Shown here: one piece after another, positions 27,982 through 32,000 of the stretch
Layout: the number at the start of each line of letters is the position of its first letter
Position numbering within the stretch: position 1 is the first letter of the stretch
Assembly: GCF_052908145.1 (NCBI RefSeq)
Contig: NZ_CM128602.1
Reading direction: 5' to 3' (one strand)
DNA: 32,000 nt
Position numbers and translations under genes: made by a program
The notes under the pieces: model-generated
What the model saw: the letters and a program-made list of their open reading frames with translations, nothing else
Told to the model about the DNA's origin: nothing
The model's database searches: none

Positions 27982-28443
27982 GACAAGCTCCTGCTTAAGG
28001 AATAGCTATTCGACGCCAGAAATAATGCAGGCGTAACGACAAAATGCAAACGAAAGGTGCGGCATAGAGAGCCAGAAAGGTAGGCGTTAAAAGGCCTGAT
28101 GCTGAAATGACGTCGGTGACGATCCATACTGCGGGCTACTGCCCTATACTCCATGGTTGTTAAACGGGAGTTAAACATATCAGAGACGCCTCTGATTTGG
28201 CAAAGATTTACCTTCCTTTGCAAACGAATGTGACAAGGATATTTTACCTTTCGAAATTTCTGCTAATCGAAAGTTAAATTACGGATCTTCATCACATAAA
28301 ATAATTTTTTCGATATCTAAAATAAATCGCGAAACGCAGGGGTTTTTGGTTGTAGCCCTTATCTGAATCGATTCGATTGTGGACGACGATTCAAAAATAC
28401 ATCTGGCACGTTGAGGTGTTAACGATAATAAAGGAGGTAGCAA

Positions 28444-29415
28444 GTGACCATTGCTATTGTTATAGGCACACATGGTTGGGCTGCAGAGCAGTTGCTTAAA
28501 ACGGCAGAAATGCTGTTAGGCGAGCAGGAAAACGTCGGCTGGATCGATTTCGTTCCAGGTGAAAATGCCGAAACGCTGATTGAAAAGTACAACGCTCAGT
28601 TGGCAAAACTCGACACCACTAAAGGCGTGCTGTTTCTCGTTGATACATGGGGAGGCAGCCCGTTCAATGCTGCCAGCCGCATTGTCGTCGACAAAGAGCA
28701 TTATGAAGTCATTGCAGGCGTTAACATTCCAATGCTCGTGGAAACGTTAATGGCCCGTGATGATGACCCAAGCTTTGATGAACTGGTGGCACTGGCAGTA
28801 GAAACAGGCCGTGAAGGCGTGAAAGCACTGAAAGCCAAACCGGTTGAAAAAGCCGCGCCAGCACCCGCTGCCGCAGCACCAAAAGCGGCTCCAACTCCGG
28901 CAAAACCAATGGGGCCAAACGACTACATGGTTATTGGCCTTGCGCGTATCGACGACCGTCTGATTCACGGTCAGGTCGCCACCCGCTGGACCAAAGAAAC
29001 CAATGTCTCCCGTATTATTGTTGTTAGTGATGAAGTGGCTGCGGATACCGTTCGTAAGACACTGCTCACCCAGGTTGCACCTCCGGGCGTAACAGCACAC
29101 GTAGTTGATGTTGCCAAAATGATTCGCGTCTACAACAACCCGAAATATGCTGGCGAACGCGTAATGCTGTTATTTACCAACCCAACAGATGTAGAGCGTC
29201 TCGTTGAAGGCGGCGTGAAAATCACCTCTGTTAACGTCGGTGGTATGGCATTCCGTCAGGGTAAAACCCAGGTGAATAACGCGGTTTCGGTTGATGAAAA
29301 AGATATCGAGGCGTTCAAGAAACTGAATGCGCGCGGTATTGAGCTGGAAGTCCGTAAGGTTTCCACCGATCCGAAACTGAAAATGATGGATCTGATCAGC
29401 AAAATCGATAAGTAA
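28444..29415 (+). CDS. manX: Mannose PTS enzyme IIAB
   Basis: GTG28444 follows AAGGAGG. The 323-aa product has an Ala/Pro-rich hinge (KAAPAPAAAAPKAAPTPAKP) between the IIA and IIB domains. Confidence 0.95.
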   Translation: MTIAIVIGTHGWAAEQLLKTAEMLLGEQENVGWIDFVPGENAETLIEKYNAQLAKLDTTKGVLFLVDTWGGSPFNAASRIVVDKEHYEVIAGVNIPMLVETLMARDDDPSFDELVALAVETGREGVKALKAKPVEKAAPAPAAAAPKAAPTPAKPMGPNDYMVIGLARIDDRLIHGQVATRWTKETNVSRIIVVSDEVAADTVRKTLLTQVAPPGVTAHVVDVAKMIRVYNNPKYAGERVMLLFTNPTDVERLVEGGVKITSVNVGGMAFRQGKTQVNNAVSVDEKDIEAFKKLNARGIELEVRKVSTDPKLKMMDLISKIDK

Positions 29416-29433
29416 CGTATTGTGTTGATTATC

Positions 29434-29452
29434 ACTCAGTTTTCACACTTTA
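29434..29452 (+). promoter_or_regulatory. Probable SgrS sRNA pairing site in the manX-manY intergenic leader
   Basis: actcag-ttt-tcacacttta is complementary, with a 3-nt bulge, to the SgrS seed ...UAAAGUGUGACUGAGU... as I recall it. SgrS is known to target this intergenic region. Confidence 0.55.
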
Positions 29453-29477
29453 GTCTTACGTAAACAGGAGAAGTACA

Positions 29478-30278
29478 ATGGAGATTACCACTCTTCAAAT
29501 TGTGCTGGTATTTATCGTAGCCTGTATCGCAGGTATGGGATCAATCCTCGATGAATTTCAGTTTCACCGTCCGCTAATCGCGTGTACCCTGGTGGGTATC
29601 GTTCTTGGGGATATGAAAACCGGTATTATTATCGGTGGTACGCTGGAAATGATCGCGCTGGGCTGGATGAACATCGGTGCTGCAGTTGCGCCTGACGCCG
29701 CTCTGGCTTCTATCATTTCTACCATTCTGGTTATCGCAGGTCATCAGAGCATTGGTGCAGGTATCGCACTGGCAATCCCTCTGGCCGCTGCGGGCCAGGT
29801 ACTGACCATCATCGTTCGTACTATTACCGTTGCTTTCCAGCACGCTGCGGATAAGGCTGCTGATAACGGCAACCTGACAGCGATTTCCTGGATCCACGTT
29901 TCTTCTCTGTTCCTGCAAGCAATGCGTGTGGCTATTCCGGCCGTCATCGTTGCGCTGTCTGTTGGTACCAGCGAAGTACAGAACATGCTGAATGCGATTC
30001 CGGAAGTGGTGACCAATGGTCTGAATATCGCCGGTGGCATGATCGTGGTGGTTGGTTATGCGATGGTTATCAACATGATGCGTGCTGGCTACCTGATGCC
30101 GTTCTTCTACCTCGGCTTCGTAACCGCAGCATTCACCAACTTTAACCTGGTTGCTCTGGGTGTGATTGGTACTGTTATGGCAGTGCTCTACATCCAACTT
30201 AGCCCGAAATACAACCGCGTAGCCGGTGCGCCTACTCAGGCAGCTGGTAACAACGATCTCGATAACGAACTGGACTAA
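29478..30278 (+). CDS. manY: Mannose PTS enzyme IIC
   Basis: 266-aa polytopic membrane ORF with AGGAG upstream. Confidence 0.95.
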   Translation: MEITTLQIVLVFIVACIAGMGSILDEFQFHRPLIACTLVGIVLGDMKTGIIIGGTLEMIALGWMNIGAAVAPDAALASIISTILVIAGHQSIGAGIALAIPLAAAGQVLTIIVRTITVAFQHAADKAADNGNLTAISWIHVSSLFLQAMRVAIPAVIVALSVGTSEVQNMLNAIPEVVTNGLNIAGGMIVVVGYAMVINMMRAGYLMPFFYLGFVTAAFTNFNLVALGVIGTVMAVLYIQLSPKYNRVAGAPTQAAGNNDLDNELD

Positions 30279-30290
30279 CAGGTGAGCGAA

Positions 30291-31142
30291 ATGGTTGATA
30301 CAACTCAAACTACCACCGAGAAAAAACTCACTCAAAGTGATATTCGTGGCGTCTTCCTGCGTTCTAACCTCTTCCAGGGTTCATGGAACTTCGAACGTAT
30401 GCAGGCACTGGGTTTCTGCTTCTCTATGGTACCGGCAATTCGTCGCCTCTACCCTGAGAACAACGAAGCTCGTAAACAAGCTATTCGCCGTCACCTGGAG
30501 TTCTTTAACACCCAGCCGTTCGTGGCTGCGCCGATTCTCGGCGTAACCCTGGCGCTGGAAGAACAGCGTGCTAATGGCGCAGAGATCGACGACGGTGCTA
30601 TCAACGGTATCAAAGTCGGTTTGATGGGGCCGCTGGCTGGTGTAGGCGACCCGATCTTCTGGGGAACCGTACGTCCGGTATTTGCAGCACTGGGTGCCGG
30701 TATCGCGATGAGCGGCAGCCTGTTAGGTCCGCTGCTGTTCTTCATCCTGTTTAACCTGGTGCGTCTGGCAACCCGTTACTACGGCGTAGCGTATGGTTAC
30801 TCCAAAGGTATCGATATCGTTAAAGATATGGGTGGTGGCTTCCTGCAAAAACTGACGGAAGGGGCGTCTATCCTCGGCCTGTTTGTCATGGGGGCATTGG
30901 TTAACAAGTGGACACATGTCAACATCCCGCTGGTTGTCTCTCGCATTACTGACCAGACGGGCAAAGAACACGTTACTACTGTCCAGACTATTCTGGACCA
31001 GTTAATGCCAGGCCTGGTACCACTGCTGCTGACCTTTGCTTGTATGTGGCTACTGCGCAAAAAAGTTAACCCGCTGTGGATCATCGTTGGCTTCTTCGTC
31101 ATCGGTATCGCTGGTTACGCTTGCGGCCTGCTGGGACTGTAA
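30291..31142 (+). CDS. manZ: Mannose PTS enzyme IID
   Basis: ATG30291 is preceded by AGGTGA at good spacing and gives 283 aa. The GTG30282 of the track ORF lies inside that RBS, though a 286-aa form cannot be excluded. Confidence 0.9.
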   Translation: MVDTTQTTTEKKLTQSDIRGVFLRSNLFQGSWNFERMQALGFCFSMVPAIRRLYPENNEARKQAIRRHLEFFNTQPFVAAPILGVTLALEEQRANGAEIDDGAINGIKVGLMGPLAGVGDPIFWGTVRPVFAALGAGIAMSGSLLGPLLFFILFNLVRLATRYYGVAYGYSKGIDIVKDMGGGFLQKLTEGASILGLFVMGALVNKWTHVNIPLVVSRITDQTGKEHVTTVQTILDQLMPGLVPLLLTFACMWLLRKKVNPLWIIVGFFVIGIAGYACGLLGL

Positions 31143-31158
31143 GACTGTTGTACACTAC

Positions 31159-31183
31159 CGGGGCCTTTTGGCCCCGTTTTTTT
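31159..31183 (+). terminator. Rho-independent terminator of manXYZ
   Basis: Stem cggggcc/ggccccg with loop tttt, followed by T7. Confidence 0.85.
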
Positions 31184-31196
31184 ATCTGGAGGATTA

Positions 31197-31655
31197 ATGA
31201 CAATCACGGACCTGGTACTGATTCTTTTCATCGCCGCACTCCTGGCCTTCGCGATCTACGATCAGTTCATCATGCCCGGCCGTAACGGCCCCACCCTGCT
31301 GGCAATTCCTTTGCTCCGGCGTGGTCGCATCGATAGCGTTATCTTCGTCGGATTGATTGTCATTCTTATCTATAACAACGTCACGAATCATGGTGCGTTA
31401 ATAACGACATGGTTATTAAGCGCACTGGCTCTGATGGGTTTTTATATATTCTGGATCCGCGTTCCGAAGATCATCTTTAAACAAAAAGGTTTTTTCTTCG
31501 CCAATGTCTGGATTGAATATAGCCGAATCAAAGCGATGAACTTGTCGGAAGATGGCGTGTTGGTGATGCAATTAGAACAGCGTCGGCTGTTAATCCGCGT
31601 TCGAAATATCGACGATCTGGAAAAAATTTATAAGCTTCTCGTTTCAACTCAATAA
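31197..31655 (+). CDS. yobD: UPF0266-family inner-membrane protein
   Basis: 152-aa ORF with GGAGG upstream and three hydrophobic segments. Position is as in E. coli. Confidence 0.85.
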   Translation: MTITDLVLILFIAALLAFAIYDQFIMPGRNGPTLLAIPLLRRGRIDSVIFVGLIVILIYNNVTNHGALITTWLLSALALMGFYIFWIRVPKIIFKQKGFFFANVWIEYSRIKAMNLSEDGVLVMQLEQRRLLIRVRNIDDLEKIYKLLVSTQ

Positions 31656-31663
31656 GTTATGAA

Positions 31664-31682
31664 TTTAGCCAAAGCTATGTTT
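31664..31682 (+). promoter_or_regulatory. MntR box candidate 1 upstream of mntP
   Basis: tttAGCcaaaGCTATGTTt fits the palindromic MntR consensus AACATAGC-N4-GCTATGTT, with a perfect right half. Confidence 0.55.
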
Positions 31683-31702
31683 AGTGTATTTTTAATAATC
31701 AG

Positions 31703-31718
31703 ACATAGCTTAGGCTAT
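31703..31718 (+). promoter_or_regulatory. MntR box candidate 2 upstream of mntP
   Basis: ACATAGCttagGCTAT has a perfect left half and central spacing matching the MntR consensus. Confidence 0.55.
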
Positions 31719-31849
31719 ATTACCTCTTCCCTTATTTGTTATTTATTTTAACGTTTCATTGATATATAGATCTAAATGAAAATCGTTATCAATAAAGCAA
31801 TGAAATAATATATTCCAACAGTTGTTTTATATTCTCAAAATATGTTAAG

Positions 31850-31970
31850 GTTGCGCCCTCATTTGGGGAGTAGCCGATTTCCAGATTCCGGAAATGTACG
31901 TGTCAACATACTCGTTGCAAAACGTGGCACGTACGGACTGAAGACTTTCAGTCAGGCGAGACCATATGCA
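31850..31970 (+). promoter_or_regulatory. yybP-ykoY (Mn2+) riboswitch in the mntP 5' leader; the gene itself lies beyond the window
   Basis: The conserved elements uuGGGGAGUAGCC, GUGUCAACAUACUCGUUGCAA and CAGGCGAGACC are present in the right order. Position after yobD is as in E. coli. Confidence 0.75.
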
Positions 31971-32000
31971 CATCAATCGCTATGCCTGCATGAACGCGAA

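Noticed and set aside
28125-28150. GGGCAGUAGCCC (minus strand) in the yoaE leader, resembling the GGGGAGUAGCC element of the yybP-ykoY riboswitch; attractive because YoaE is a TerC-family protein like Alx
   Set aside because: The other conserved riboswitch elements (GUCAACAUAC, GAGACC) are absent from the yoaE leader, so the single short match is insufficient.
29574-30335. 253-aa ORF antisense to manY (and similar antisense ORFs in yeaV, yeaW, fadD, sdaA, yoaE and manZ)
   Set aside because: These are shadow ORFs opposite highly expressed, well-conserved genes. The His/Asn/Arg-rich translations are typical of antisense frames.

Overview
This is an E. coli-type chromosomal segment. Gene order and protein sequences match what I recall for K-12: yeaV-yeaW-yeaX (+), rnd-fadD-yeaY-tsaB-yoaA (-), yoaB-yoaC (+), yoaH (-), pabB-nudL-sdaA-pdeD (+), yoaE (-), manXYZ-yobD (+), then the MntR boxes and Mn riboswitch leader of mntP at the right edge. 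The one large departure is about 9.4 kb of accessory DNA (roughly 10254-19642) splitting the normally short divergent yoaA/yoaB spacer. All its genes are on the + strand and tightly packed. They form a complete filamentous-phage (inovirus) genome: rolling-circle Rep, three small proteins, signal-peptide major coat followed by a terminator, Gly/Ser-repeat pIII-like adsorption protein, pVI-like, Zot/pI-like ATPase, pIV-like secretin, and an AT-rich moron encoding a membrane-anchored DUF2726 nuclease-like protein. The most unusual part is the left end. The first phage gene is an IS110-family DEDD recombinase whose stop codon lies 2 nt before the Rep start, so there is no room for an IS right end and the whole phage looks like the recombinase's cargo. 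It is preceded by about 180 nt of structured non-coding DNA carrying short matches to the inferred junctions, which makes it a candidate bridge/guide RNA. A second notable feature is a 60-nt segment between the pI and pIV genes that closely resembles the ColE1/pMB1 segment I recall as a PriA (n') primosome assembly site, a candidate minus-strand origin. No rRNA, tRNA or CRISPR array was seen. All family and gene names rest on reading the translations and on memory. No database search was possible, and the element boundaries are inferred, not proven.
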